Assembly: GCA_040222015.1 (NCBI GenBank)
Contig: JAVJWO010000065.1
Location: 1-38,149, forward strand
Reading direction: 5' to 3'
Length of the DNA stretch: 38,149 nucleotides
DNA from: Coleofasciculus chthonoplastes F2-STO-03
Lineage (GTDB): Bacteria > Cyanobacteriota > Cyanobacteriia > Cyanobacteriales > Coleofasciculaceae
Shown: piece by piece, positions 9,247 to 18,252 of the stretch
Layout: the number at the start of each line of letters is the position of its first letter
Numbering within the stretch: position 1 is the stretch's first letter
Made by a program: the position numbers and the translations under genes
Notes under the pieces: generated by a model
Seen by the model: the letters and a program-made list of their open reading frames with translations, nothing else
Told to the model about the DNA's origin: nothing
The model's database searches: none

Positions 9247-9867
9247 TTATCCACATGAGTACAGAGGATTTAACGCTTCCCCTTCTGGTAATAAGTATCT
9301 AAAATCTAAGCCACGGACTAATAAGCGATTAATCAGCTCTTTTGCTGTTTGACGAGTCTGTTCATCTTTACTTTTAAGGACTGCGGACAAAATAGCGCGG
9401 TACTCTTCGTGATGATAAGAAGCTAACCAATACTGACCTGAATTGGTTTGAGCCATAGTCATCAAGCTTAAACATTTTATTATCGCCAGTGGCATCGACT
9501 CAGCAAGGTCAAGAAAATGCTTGAGCAAATCTAAATCGTCCTCTATAATTACTGATTTGTCAAGAACCTTGACTAATTGATTAATCGCCCAGCTATCATC
9601 GAACTTTCTCGAAACAAACCACCAGCTAAAGTATTTTAGCTCGTCTACTACAACTTCAATAAAACTCTCTAGCAGTCGTTTAGGTTCTTCGTGTTTGGGT
9701 AGTGGCATTCGGATTTCTAATATTCCCTGGTCATAGGCTATCCTCCAAGCCCGATTATCTCCTACATCGTGCATTAAAGCTTGATACGTTTGCCAACTAA
9801 CCCCTCTGAGTGTAACGATTGGTTCAGCGCGAACTTGCAGTTGTTCTGTCGTTGATGTTGTTGTCAC
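9247..9867 (-). pseudogene. Chimeric ORF: first 77 aa of a Uma2 protein fused in frame to an unrelated helical C-terminal fragment
   Basis: Uma2 similarity ends at VVDEL (about 9637), before the catalytic PD/E motifs. The remainder (FSWWFVSRKFDDSW...LINRLLVRG) is AT-richer and not Uma2-like. Confidence 0.7.
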
Positions 9868-9900
9868 CGTCTAACCCACCATTATTAACTGTTTTAATTG

Positions 9901-10023
9901 TAGTGGCGTGGCACATCTAATTTGATGAATTAATCTGACGCCCGGAAACTGTAGGGGCGCAAAGACTTGCGCCCCATTCAATGGTCAAATCTAATCCATG
10001 ATTTTAGCTGTGTCAGTCCAGTA
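9901..10023. mobile_element. MITE-like element with an internal REP hairpin
   Basis: Imperfect terminal inverted repeats TAGTGGCGTGGCACATCTAA / TTAGCTGTGTCAGTCCAGTA enclosing GTAGGGGCGCAAAGACTTGCGCCCC. Confidence 0.6.
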
Positions 10024-10157
10024 GTAGCGTGATATACTTCATTTGATAGATTAACCTTGTATTTAATAGCGGTCATGGTGCGTTACGCTACGCTAACACA
10101 CCCTACAAATAAAGGCTGTGCGTAAGTCCTAAGTCAGACAAATTAGGCTGATACTGA

Positions 10158-11291
10158 CTACAGCGTTTTTTCATAAATTCGATATGTCTTATAAATTGTT
10201 CCTCCCGATGCTTCAATCAACTTACGAGACGGAAAATTATCTTCCCATACCCAACCTAACTCTGCCCGTTTGTAGGGCTTACCCTTCTTAATTCCCCCTT
10301 GCATTCCCAAATAAATTAACGCCAACGGCACCATTTTACGGCGATATTCCGGCAATGAAGCAATTGCAATTACCCGTCCTTGGTAAATCTGGCGACGATA
10401 CCAAAGAAACTTGAGAATTCCCAGCCAGTTGAGTTTCCCGTTAACGTGTTTTAGGGGAATATTATAGTCCGGTAATCCCATAAAAAAGCCGATCATTTCA
10501 CCCTTGTCTTCGGCAATGGGAAAAACATCGGGATCGACTAACGTCTGTAGTGATTTGGCTTCTTCTAGAAATTCTGCTTCCGTTCTCGGCGCAGAACTCC
10601 AATTATTGGCAAAGGCACGGTTAAAAAGGTGATAAAGACTGATACAATCTTGTTCAAATCCTTGCCCTTTGGTTCTAATCGGGCGAAACGTTATACCCGA
10701 TTTACAGGCAATCTGATAGGCTTTCTTGAACTTATCCGATAAGGGCTTATCGAGGGGAAAATCATAAGCATAAGTATCCTTGGCTTTCTGCCAACCCTCT
10801 TTTTCCAGAAATTCGGGATAGTAGGGGGGATTATAGGGCATCATCACCATGGGCGGTGTATCAAAGCCATCGACCAAAAATAAACAATTATTGTGGGTTG
10901 ATAAATCAATGGGTCCCCGCGCCACCGTCATTCCTTGTTCCCGCAACCACTGACAAGCCGCATTTAGGAGAGATTGCGCGATCGCGCAATCTTGGACACA
11001 TTCAAAAAACCCAATTAAACCAACCGTTTTCCCCTCTCGTTCAATTAACCGTTGGTTCACCGCCGCCACAATTCGCCCCACCGCTTGGGAAGGGTGAGAC
11101 GAGTCGAGGGCAATAAATTGCTGTAATTTGCCGTAGCCAAAAAAGGGATTATCGGGGGCAAACTGCTTCGCTACATCGCTACGCAGCGGCGATATCCAAT
11201 TGGGGTCATTGCCATAGACTCGTGCAGGTACATCCAGAAACAAGTCCTGGTCGGCTGGAGTGGCTACAGTGCGAATTTTGTCATTTGTCAT
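10158..11291 (-). CDS. GNAT-fold acyl-CoA/ACP N-acyltransferase, bacterial ceramide synthase (bCerS)/YghO-like
   Basis: Family signature VGRIVA..GFFECV..WLREQG...RGP....LVDGFDTPPMVMMPYNPPYY..KAKD, MGLPDYN, and C-terminal ELGWVWEDN..YKTYRIYEK. Confidence 0.8.
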   Translation of the reverse strand: MTNDKIRTVATPADQDLFLDVPARVYGNDPNWISPLRSDVAKQFAPDNPFFGYGKLQQFIALDSSHPSQAVGRIVAAVNQRLIEREGKTVGLIGFFECVQDCAIAQSLLNAACQWLREQGMTVARGPIDLSTHNNCLFLVDGFDTPPMVMMPYNPPYYPEFLEKEGWQKAKDTYAYDFPLDKPLSDKFKKAYQIACKSGITFRPIRTKGQGFEQDCISLYHLFNRAFANNWSSAPRTEAEFLEEAKSLQTLVDPDVFPIAEDKGEMIGFFMGLPDYNIPLKHVNGKLNWLGILKFLWYRRQIYQGRVIAIASLPEYRRKMVPLALIYLGMQGGIKKGKPYKRAELGWVWEDNFPSRKLIEASGGTIYKTYRIYEKTL

Positions 11292-11310
11292 TTGTCATTT
11301 GTCATTTGTC
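11277..11310. repeat. STRR (TTTGTCA)n overlapping the acyltransferase start
   Basis: The heptamer array supplies the ATG and the MTNDK N-terminus on the minus strand. Confidence 0.85.
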
Positions 11311-11341
11311 GTTGATCAAATAACCAATAACCCAGGACAAG

Positions 11342-12622
11342 TTAGGCGCTGATCATGGGTTTATATAAAAAATCCCGTGTTGTTACCATGGCGGCGACTA
11401 ATTTATCCATTTCCTCCTTCGTATGCAGAGCATTTGCCGTCATCCGGATACGGGGTTTGGCAATAAACCAAATGGGTGATACCCAAATCCCATGATTCTC
11501 TAACATATACTGACCAAACAATTTCGGATTAATTTCTGAGGGTAAAATAACCGGGATAACGTTAGTTTCACCAATGGCATCAAATCCGGCTTCGACTAAG
11601 CGCGATCGCAAGTAGCGAGTATTTGCCTGAAGCTTCTTCACCATGTCGGGATGACGGCGCACCTGACGAATGCTCTCCAAGGCGGCGGCTGCTAGAGGTG
11701 GTGACAAGGAAACCGTACCAATCGACGTGGGCGAAACATTTAATAAGGGAATCAATTCTGGCAGAGGACTGCTAATTGCCGCCCCTGCTGATGCGGCAAA
11801 CTTGGAGAATGTGGTCATAATCAGCGGCACAACACCTTGCTCCATGGTGTATTGGGGTAGGATACCAAAATGCTCGTAGATGCCGCCACCTGTCGCCCCA
11901 ATCGCCCCACTAGCATGAGCTTCATCCATCACCAAGACACTACCTTCGTAATGTCGCAGCACCTCGATCATATCGGGGAGGGGAGCAATATCCCCATCCA
12001 TGGAGAACACTGCATCAGAAATCACCATAATTCGATCTTGGGGACGAGCATAGCGACGCAGTTTCCGCGATAAGTCCTCTACATCACAGTGGCGATAGGC
12101 TCTCACCCGCACACGCGGACTATGACCAAATAACTTTCCAGAACGAGTTCCCGCGTTGACGACGGCTGAGAGAATACAGCCATGGTTGAGGACATCAGTC
12201 AAAATTAATGTCTCACGGGTATGCTGAAAGCCAGGAACGGGAATAGCCAAATGGCAGAACGCATCCATTAGGGCTTGCATCGCCATCCACGCATTCAAAA
12301 AGAGTTGGGTATGGGGTAGGTGCTTAAACTCCGAAATCTCTTGCTCGAGCTGCCGATGCAAATCGATGCGACCACTCAGGACTGAGGTTGAACTGTTAGA
12401 CGTACCGTATTGAAAAATAGCATCAACCGCTGCTTGGCGAACCGCCTCGTTCTGAACCAGACCCAAGACATCATTCGTACAGAACGTGAGAACCGTCTGA
12501 CGCTTTCCTGAGGCGACTGATTCTATCTCGACTAAATTCCCCTGCTTTTGATGGCAAACATATTCGTCGGGCGCTAATCCACTTTCGTACCACCGCTGGA
12601 CGTACTCTTTGACAACTTCCAC
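11342..12622 (-). CDS. PLP-dependent alpha-oxoamine synthase, serine palmitoyltransferase-like (aminotransferase class I/II)
   Basis: ND.LGL, LNHGCI, YRHCD, SDAVFSMDGD, DEAHASG, PLP lysine in TTFSK, and C-terminal RIR; GTG start with AGGAG upstream. Confidence 0.88.
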   Translation of the reverse strand: MEVVKEYVQRWYESGLAPDEYVCHQKQGNLVEIESVASGKRQTVLTFCTNDVLGLVQNEAVRQAAVDAIFQYGTSNSSTSVLSGRIDLHRQLEQEISEFKHLPHTQLFLNAWMAMQALMDAFCHLAIPVPGFQHTRETLILTDVLNHGCILSAVVNAGTRSGKLFGHSPRVRVRAYRHCDVEDLSRKLRRYARPQDRIMVISDAVFSMDGDIAPLPDMIEVLRHYEGSVLVMDEAHASGAIGATGGGIYEHFGILPQYTMEQGVVPLIMTTFSKFAASAGAAISSPLPELIPLLNVSPTSIGTVSLSPPLAAAALESIRQVRRHPDMVKKLQANTRYLRSRLVEAGFDAIGETNVIPVILPSEINPKLFGQYMLENHGIWVSPIWFIAKPRIRMTANALHTKEEMDKLVAAMVTTRDFLYKPMISA

Positions 12623-12793
12623 AACCTTACTCCTCTCACCTTTTCCTAGATAGACTACCGCTTCTAGCTAAAAATGTGTGTTTTTCTCTCAACTTTAAGT
12701 GATTATCCCGACTGAATATCAAGCTCCATGTTGGCGATTTTATAGAGTACACGGTAATCCTATATAATACGGGGTGATTGGACAGGGCGGCTT

Positions 12794-12868
12794 ATGACAG
12801 ACAATAACGCTGGCACATTGGCTATCGCTCTGGTTGGTGCTTTTTTGATTTCTGCTCTAGCAGGGTAG
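12794..12868 (+). CDS. Possible 24-aa hydrophobic microprotein MTDNNAGTLAIALVGAFLISALAG
   Basis: Manual translation; perfect TATAAT at 12763-12768; single TM-like stretch. Confidence 0.3.
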   Translation: MTDNNAGTLAIALVGAFLISALAG

Positions 12869-12904
12869 CATAAAACGCAGCCCCCTGCGGGATTTGTTTT
12901 AATC

Positions 12905-13021
12905 CAAGCCTCCGGAATACTCCACGGCTGCTAGACTGAGCGAAGTCAAGTCTAGCCGTCTGGTCAACAGGCTTTATTCAAGCCCACACCATACCCTAAG
13001 GGTTGGTGTGCGGTAGTTGAC
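12905..13021 (-). mobile_element. Non-autonomous IS200/IS605 (IscB/HEARO omegaRNA-type) miniature element
   Basis: Minus strand begins GTCAACTACC-hairpin-GGGCTTG..AAGCC.GTTGACCAG, the typical 5' scaffold of IscB omegaRNA. It is joined directly to a right-end-like hairpin ACGGCT..AGCCGTGGAGTATTCC. Confidence 0.6.
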
Positions 13022-13146
13022 AGACTATTCATTCCCGAGTAGAGGCACGACATGTCGTACCCCTACAGGTAGCTTAATCTTACTCCTACACTCTCACACC
13101 TCTACACTCCGGCAATTTCAACCGAAAATCTTTCGAGCAATCGTCC

Positions 13147-14163
13147 TTAACCTGCCGGTTGAGACGATGCAGGTTGAGACGATGCCGAATTCAATTTAGG
13201 AGCAGTTATTGGCGGCGAGGAAGGTGATTTTTCTTCCCATCCTGGAGGCGCAAACTGGGGCAAAATTTCCCGACTGAAGGCTTCGGCGGCTTTGGAACGG
13301 TAGCGATGGGGATTGACGATTAAAGACAGCGTTCGCTTCACCACTACGCCTTCTATCGTTGCTCGGTATAAGACACCCATTTGCAATTCTTTTTCGATGG
13401 CTGAAATAGACACAAATGCTGCACCCAATCCCGATTGCACGGCGTTTTTAATTGCCTCAATTGAGTTGAGTTCCATCTCAATCTTCAGGCGTCGGGTATC
13501 AATATCACAGCGCGTGAGAACCTGGTCGATTACCTTACGAATCGTGGATTGGGAGTCGAGCGCAATGAATTGTAACTTATACAAATCCTCCTTATGCACG
13601 GTTCCCACCTTTGCCAGGGGGTGGAAGGCAGGTAAAATTAACGCCAACTCATCTTCCGAGTAAGGCATAATATTTAACGTTTCTTGAAGTTCCGTGGGGA
13701 CTTCACCGCCAATGATGGCTAAATCAACCTGTCCATTGGAAACAGACCAAGAAGTACGGCGCGTCGAGTGAACTTGTAATTGTACCGACACATCGGGATA
13801 CTTCTGTCGAAACAAGCCAATCATTCGAGGTAAGAGATAGGTGCCCGTGGTTTGAGAGGCGCCCACAATCAGCGTCCCACCCTGGAGATTCTGTAAATCC
13901 TCAATCGCCCGACAGGTTTCCTGACAAAGGGTGAGAATTTTCTCCCCGTAGCTTAGGAGTAAGTGTCCGGCTTCTGTCAATTGAGCGCGACGCCCGCCTC
14001 GGTCAAATAAGGGGACATCAAGCTGTCGTTCCAAGTTTTGCACTTGTAAACTCACAGCTGGTTGGGAAACGTACAAACTATCAGCAGCACGTTTAAAACT
14101 CCCCTCAGAAGCGATTGCTTTGAGAATCCGGAGTTGATCGAGAGTGAAAGGAAGGTCAGACAT
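13147..14163 (-). CDS. rbcR: LysR-family regulator, RbcR/Ycf30 (PacR-like)
   Basis: [37 protein letters not shown] is the Ycf30 N-terminus; true ATG at 14163; conserved divergence from nnrU. Confidence 0.9.
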   Translation of the reverse strand: MSDLPFTLDQLRILKAIASEGSFKRAADSLYVSQPAVSLQVQNLERQLDVPLFDRGGRRAQLTEAGHLLLSYGEKILTLCQETCRAIEDLQNLQGGTLIVGASQTTGTYLLPRMIGLFRQKYPDVSVQLQVHSTRRTSWSVSNGQVDLAIIGGEVPTELQETLNIMPYSEDELALILPAFHPLAKVGTVHKEDLYKLQFIALDSQSTIRKVIDQVLTRCDIDTRRLKIEMELNSIEAIKNAVQSGLGAAFVSISAIEKELQMGVLYRATIEGVVVKRTLSLIVNPHRYRSKAAEAFSREILPQFAPPGWEEKSPSSPPITAPKLNSASSQPASSQPAG

Positions 14164-14362
14164 AGGAGCTAAACCATCAAAAAAGGAGCAATAACAGGCA
14201 ATCCCAGGGGGGTTGAAGATGGGATTTAACGTCAACGATAGTAGGAATTGCCAAAAACGAACATGTAAACCTCTGCCTGAAATCGACAGTAACACAACAC
14301 GGGATCAACTCTTTGAGTATTCTTGCTAGGATGAATTGTGCAATGAATCAACATCAGGATTT

Positions 14363-15079
14363 ATGGGGGTCTTGACTAACGTGACATCCAGTCATTGGGT
14401 AATGGCTGGACTACTTTTGAGCTTTGCGATCGCGCATAGTGGTCTAGCTGCACTGCGACCTTGGGCTGAACAACGGATTGGCGCGAGGTTCTATCGAATT
14501 TTATTTGCTCTGGTTAGCCTATCTCTTGCCGTTGTATTAATTATTTACTTTTTCAACCACCGCTATGATGGGATTCAATTGTGGCGGGTGCAGGGAATCC
14601 CGGGGATCAAGTCCCTAGTCTGGTGGCTTTCAGCGGTTTCTTTTCTGTTTCTCTACCCGGCCACATTCAACCTGTTAGAAATCGCCGCCATCCAGAAACC
14701 CCAAGTTCATCTCTACGAAACCGGAATCATTCGGATTACCCGACATCCGCAAATGGTGGGACAGGTGATTTGGTGTATTGCTCACACCCTCTGGATTGGC
14801 ACCAGCTTCACCCTACTCACCTCGGTGGGATTAATTTTGCACCATTGTTTTGGCGTTTGGCATGGGGATCAACGGCTTTCCCAGCGCTATGGTGACGCCT
14901 TTGAGTCTGTCAAAGAGCGCACCTCGGTTTTTCCCTTCCTAGCCGTGATTCAAGGACGCCAAACCCTGAAATGGGATGAATTTATCCGTCCCGCCTATCT
15001 AGGCGTAATCGGGTTTGTCGGCTTGTTGTGGTGGGCGCATCCTCTACTCATGCGAGCAACTGCCCAAATAAATTGGTAA
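14363..15079 (+). CDS. NnrU-family membrane protein, 15-cis-zeta-carotene isomerase (Z-ISO)-like
   Basis: AHSGLA.LR, FFNHRYDG, YPATFNLLEIAA, ITRHPQ and HGD.RL motifs; alternative GTG start at 14336. Confidence 0.88.
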   Translation: MGVLTNVTSSHWVMAGLLLSFAIAHSGLAALRPWAEQRIGARFYRILFALVSLSLAVVLIIYFFNHRYDGIQLWRVQGIPGIKSLVWWLSAVSFLFLYPATFNLLEIAAIQKPQVHLYETGIIRITRHPQMVGQVIWCIAHTLWIGTSFTLLTSVGLILHHCFGVWHGDQRLSQRYGDAFESVKERTSVFPFLAVIQGRQTLKWDEFIRPAYLGVIGFVGLLWWAHPLLMRATAQINW

Positions 15080-15168
15080 GATTAGTGGATTTATTGTTCA
15101 AATAATCCCAATTCGATGTAGCATGATCCCAAGGAAGCGAGTAAAAATCCAATAGAATTCGAGGGATA

Positions 15169-15570
15169 ATGGTGTTGTCGGTGAACGAGCAGACGTTTAA
15201 GCAATACGTTTTAGAAAACTCCAAGATGGTTCTGGTTGATTTTTGGGCACCTTGGTGTGGGCTGTGTCGCCTAATTCAGCCAATGTTGGAGGACGTACAG
15301 CAGGAATGGAGCGATCGGATTGAAGTAGTGCGGGTGAATGCAGATAATAGTCTCAGGCTTGCCAGTACCTATCAACTCAAATCTTTACCCACCTTGCTCT
15401 TATTTGAAAACGGTCAGTTAGTGGAGCGATTAGAAGGCTTTCAAGGACGAGATGACTTGCGCTTGGCGATTCAAAATCTGATCGGGAACAATCAATCACA
15501 GTTTTCAGCATCTATTGGGCAAGGTTTAACTCATACCGCCTTAGAGAGTGCAACTCAATCAGTCGCCTAG
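15169..15570 (+). CDS. trxC: Thioredoxin C (cyanobacterial atypical thioredoxin)
   Basis: Thioredoxin fold with WCGLC active site; synteny with nnrU and ndhF1. Confidence 0.88.
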   Translation: MVLSVNEQTFKQYVLENSKMVLVDFWAPWCGLCRLIQPMLEDVQQEWSDRIEVVRVNADNSLRLASTYQLKSLPTLLLFENGQLVERLEGFQGRDDLRLAIQNLIGNNQSQFSASIGQGLTHTALESATQSVA

Positions 15571-15610
15571 TCCAAGAAGGCAGGAGGCAGGAGGGCAGAA
15601 AGCTTAGACA

Positions 15611-15806
15611 TTGACACTCCTCAGCCTTGCATGCATGAGTAGCGCTTCTTTCATCGAGCGCTCTTACTATGAAACAGGGGTCCTATTCCATACCAGAGGA
15701 GCATCTGGAGGAAGAAGCGCTTTGCTCCATTGCAGAAGCTAGTTCCGATAGTCCTATACATAAACATTCTTGCTGGAGGTTGGCTCACACCGAGTCAACT
15801 TTCTTG
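15611..15806 (-). mobile_element. ORF-less IS200/IS605 derivative: left end joined to a degenerate tnpB right end/omegaRNA scaffold
   Basis: Minus strand: CAAGAAAGTTGACTCGGTGTGAGCCAAC (left-end-like hairpin) ... ATCGGAACTAGCTTCTGCAATGGAGCAAAGCGC ... CTCGATGAA ... GAGGAGTGTCAA (right end terminating TCAA). Confidence 0.6.
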
Positions 15807-16029
15807 TTGAATAGGTATGGTACAACTTCACTCCACTTATGATATGTATCTCCAAACAAACTGGGCAAACATTTAATTTATCCTCTTCATCTCCCCCAGC
15901 TACCCCAGCTACCCGGCTTCCCCAGCTCCCTCATCTCCCGCTAAGTCAGGAAGTCGGGTAGGATATCAAATGTCACACTTGTTTACAGTTTGTCAAAATA
16001 GTAAAGAAATCTAAAGTAAGCTGTCTTCC

Positions 16030-18084
16030 ATGGAACCGCTTTATCAATATGCCTGGTTGATCCCGGTCTTGCCCTTGGCAGGGGCAATGCTAGTCGGCTT
16101 AGGGCTTATCTCATTCAACAAAACCACGAATCAGTTACGGAAGTTATCCTCCGTGTTCGTCGTATCCCTGCTGGGGGCGGCGATGGTGCTGTCATTTGCC
16201 ATATTCTGGAGTCAATTTCACGGACATGAACCGTTTACCCGTACCCTGGAATGGGCGGCAGCGGGGAATTTTCACCTGATGATGGGGTATACCATCGATA
16301 ACCTGACGGCGTTGATGCTAGTCGTCGTTACCACCGTCGCCTTTCTGGTCATGGTGTATACCGACGGCTACATGGCACACGACTCCGGTTATGTGCGCTT
16401 CTATGCCTATTTGAGCCTGTTTAGTTCCTCAATGTTGGGTCTGGTGATTAGTCCCAACCTGATACAGGTTTATATTTTCTGGGAACTGGTGGGCATGTGT
16501 TCGTACCTACTCATCGGATTCTGGTACGATCGCAAAGCTGCCGCCGATGCTTGTCAAAAAGCCTTTGTGGTGAACCGCGTGGGGGACTTTGGTCTACTCT
16601 TAGGCATCTTAGGGCTGTACTGGGCAACCGGTAGCTTTGAGTTTGATGTCATCGGTGCCCACCTAGAGGCTTTTGTCGAATCCGGTTATATTAGCAGCGG
16701 ACTCGCCGCCCTGTTAGCTGTATTAGTCTTTTTAGGACCCGTCGCCAAGTCTGCTCAATTTCCCTTGCACGTTTGGCTTCCTGACGCGATGGAAGGTCCT
16801 ACCCCAATTTCTGCACTGATTCACGCCGCGACAATGGTGGCGGCTGGGGTATTTCTGATTGCCCGGATGTACCCGGTGTTTGAAAATATTCCCGTGGCGA
16901 TGACGGTGATTGCCTGGACAGGGGGATTTACCGCCTTTTTAGGCGCAACCATCGCTTTGACCCAAAATGACATCAAAAAGGGTCTTGCCTATTCCACCAT
17001 CTCCCAGTTGGGCTACATGGTTATGGCAATGGGAATTGGCGCATACAGTGCCGGACTATTCCACCTAATGACCCACGCTTATTTTAAAGCCATGCTCTTC
17101 CTCTGTTCCGGTTCCGTGATTCATGGCATGGAAGCCGTGGTGGGTCATGATCCGGATTTAGCCCAGGATATGCGGCTGATGGGGGGATTACGGAAGTATA
17201 TGCCAATTACTTCCCTAACCTTTCTAATTGGCACCCTGGCAATTTGTGGGATTCCTCCCTTTGCTGGATTCTGGTCAAAGGATGAAATCTTAGGCAATGC
17301 CTTTACTGCGTCTCCAGGGCTGTGGGTTGTCGGTTGGCTAACGGCTGGACTGACTGCCTTTTATATGTTCCGGATGTATTTCATGACCTTTGAGGGCGAT
17401 TTCCGAGGCAATATCACCAGCATTAAGGAACAAATTAAAGGGGCTGTGGCTGAACCCGTACCCGCGTTTGGTCCTGGTGCGATGGATAGGCGGGAATTAG
17501 AGGCTGAGGATCATGATCATGGGCATAGTGAGTCGCCCCATGAATCTCCGTTAACCATGACCTTACCTTTACTGTTACTTGCTGTTCCCTCCACTCTAGT
17601 TGGTTTGGTAGGGATGCCCTTTAATAACTACTTTGAGGAATTTATCCACGCCCCCGGCGAAACCGTGGCGGAAGTGGTGAGTCATGAAGCGGCGTTTAAC
17701 TGGAGTGAGTTTCTGGTGATGGCGGGTTCCTCGGTGGGGATTGCCTTAATTGGCATTACCGTGGCATCCCTGATGTACCGGATGGGTCAAATTGACCCGG
17801 GTGCGATCGCGAAAAACTTTACATCGCTTTACAATTTTTCCCTCAACAAGTGGTATTTCGATGATATCTATAATCGACTGTTCGTCCAGGGAAGTCGTCG
17901 CCTAGCCCGCCAAGTGATGGAAGTAGACTACCGTGTGGTGGATGGTGCGGTTAATTTAACCGGTTTAGTTGCCCTGATTAGTGGTGAAGGACTGAAATAT
18001 CTCGAAAACGGTCGCGCCCAATTCTATGCGCTGATTGTTTTTGGGGCAGTTCTCGGTTTTGTGATTGTTTCTGGGTTGTCTTGA
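16030..18084 (+). CDS. ndhF1: NDH-1 subunit F1 (NAD(P)H-quinone oxidoreductase subunit 5)
   Basis: MEPLYQYAWLIPVLP, AKSAQFPLHVWLPDAMEGPTPISALIHAATMV motifs. Confidence 0.97.
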   Translation: MEPLYQYAWLIPVLPLAGAMLVGLGLISFNKTTNQLRKLSSVFVVSLLGAAMVLSFAIFWSQFHGHEPFTRTLEWAAAGNFHLMMGYTIDNLTALMLVVVTTVAFLVMVYTDGYMAHDSGYVRFYAYLSLFSSSMLGLVISPNLIQVYIFWELVGMCSYLLIGFWYDRKAAADACQKAFVVNRVGDFGLLLGILGLYWATGSFEFDVIGAHLEAFVESGYISSGLAALLAVLVFLGPVAKSAQFPLHVWLPDAMEGPTPISALIHAATMVAAGVFLIARMYPVFENIPVAMTVIAWTGGFTAFLGATIALTQNDIKKGLAYSTISQLGYMVMAMGIGAYSAGLFHLMTHAYFKAMLFLCSGSVIHGMEAVVGHDPDLAQDMRLMGGLRKYMPITSLTFLIGTLAICGIPPFAGFWSKDEILGNAFTASPGLWVVGWLTAGLTAFYMFRMYFMTFEGDFRGNITSIKEQIKGAVAEPVPAFGPGAMDRRELEAEDHDHGHSESPHESPLTMTLPLLLLAVPSTLVGLVGMPFNNYFEEFIHAPGETVAEVVSHEAAFNWSEFLVMAGSSVGIALIGITVASLMYRMGQIDPGAIAKNFTSLYNFSLNKWYFDDIYNRLFVQGSRRLARQVMEVDYRVVDGAVNLTGLVALISGEGLKYLENGRAQFYALIVFGAVLGFVIVSGLS

Positions 18085-18089
18085 TAATG

Positions 18090-18252
18090 TGTCATTTGTC
18101 ATTTGTCATTTGTCCTTTGTTCTATCCTGTGGCAAATTGTGTCTCTGTTGTCATTCGTTCAGAGTTAGTTCACTTGATAACGAATGACTAATGACTAATG
18201 ACGAATAACCAATGACCAATGACCAATGACCAATGACTAATGACTAATGACT
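18090..18252. repeat. Opposed STRR arrays (TCATTTG)n and (AATGACY)n between ndhF1 and ndhD1
   Basis: Directly visible; the second array contains the ndhD1 ATG. Confidence 0.9.

Noticed and set aside
11342..12622. Calling the PLP enzyme bioF (8-amino-7-oxononanoate synthase)
   Set aside because: No bio genes nearby, BioF motifs (GSR, HAS) are altered, and it is coupled to a bCerS-like acyltransferase. Not excluded without phylogeny.
14164..14295. 44-aa N-terminal extension of the LysR ORF
   Set aside because: The family N-terminus starts at MSDLPF (14163); the upstream part is the divergent promoter region.
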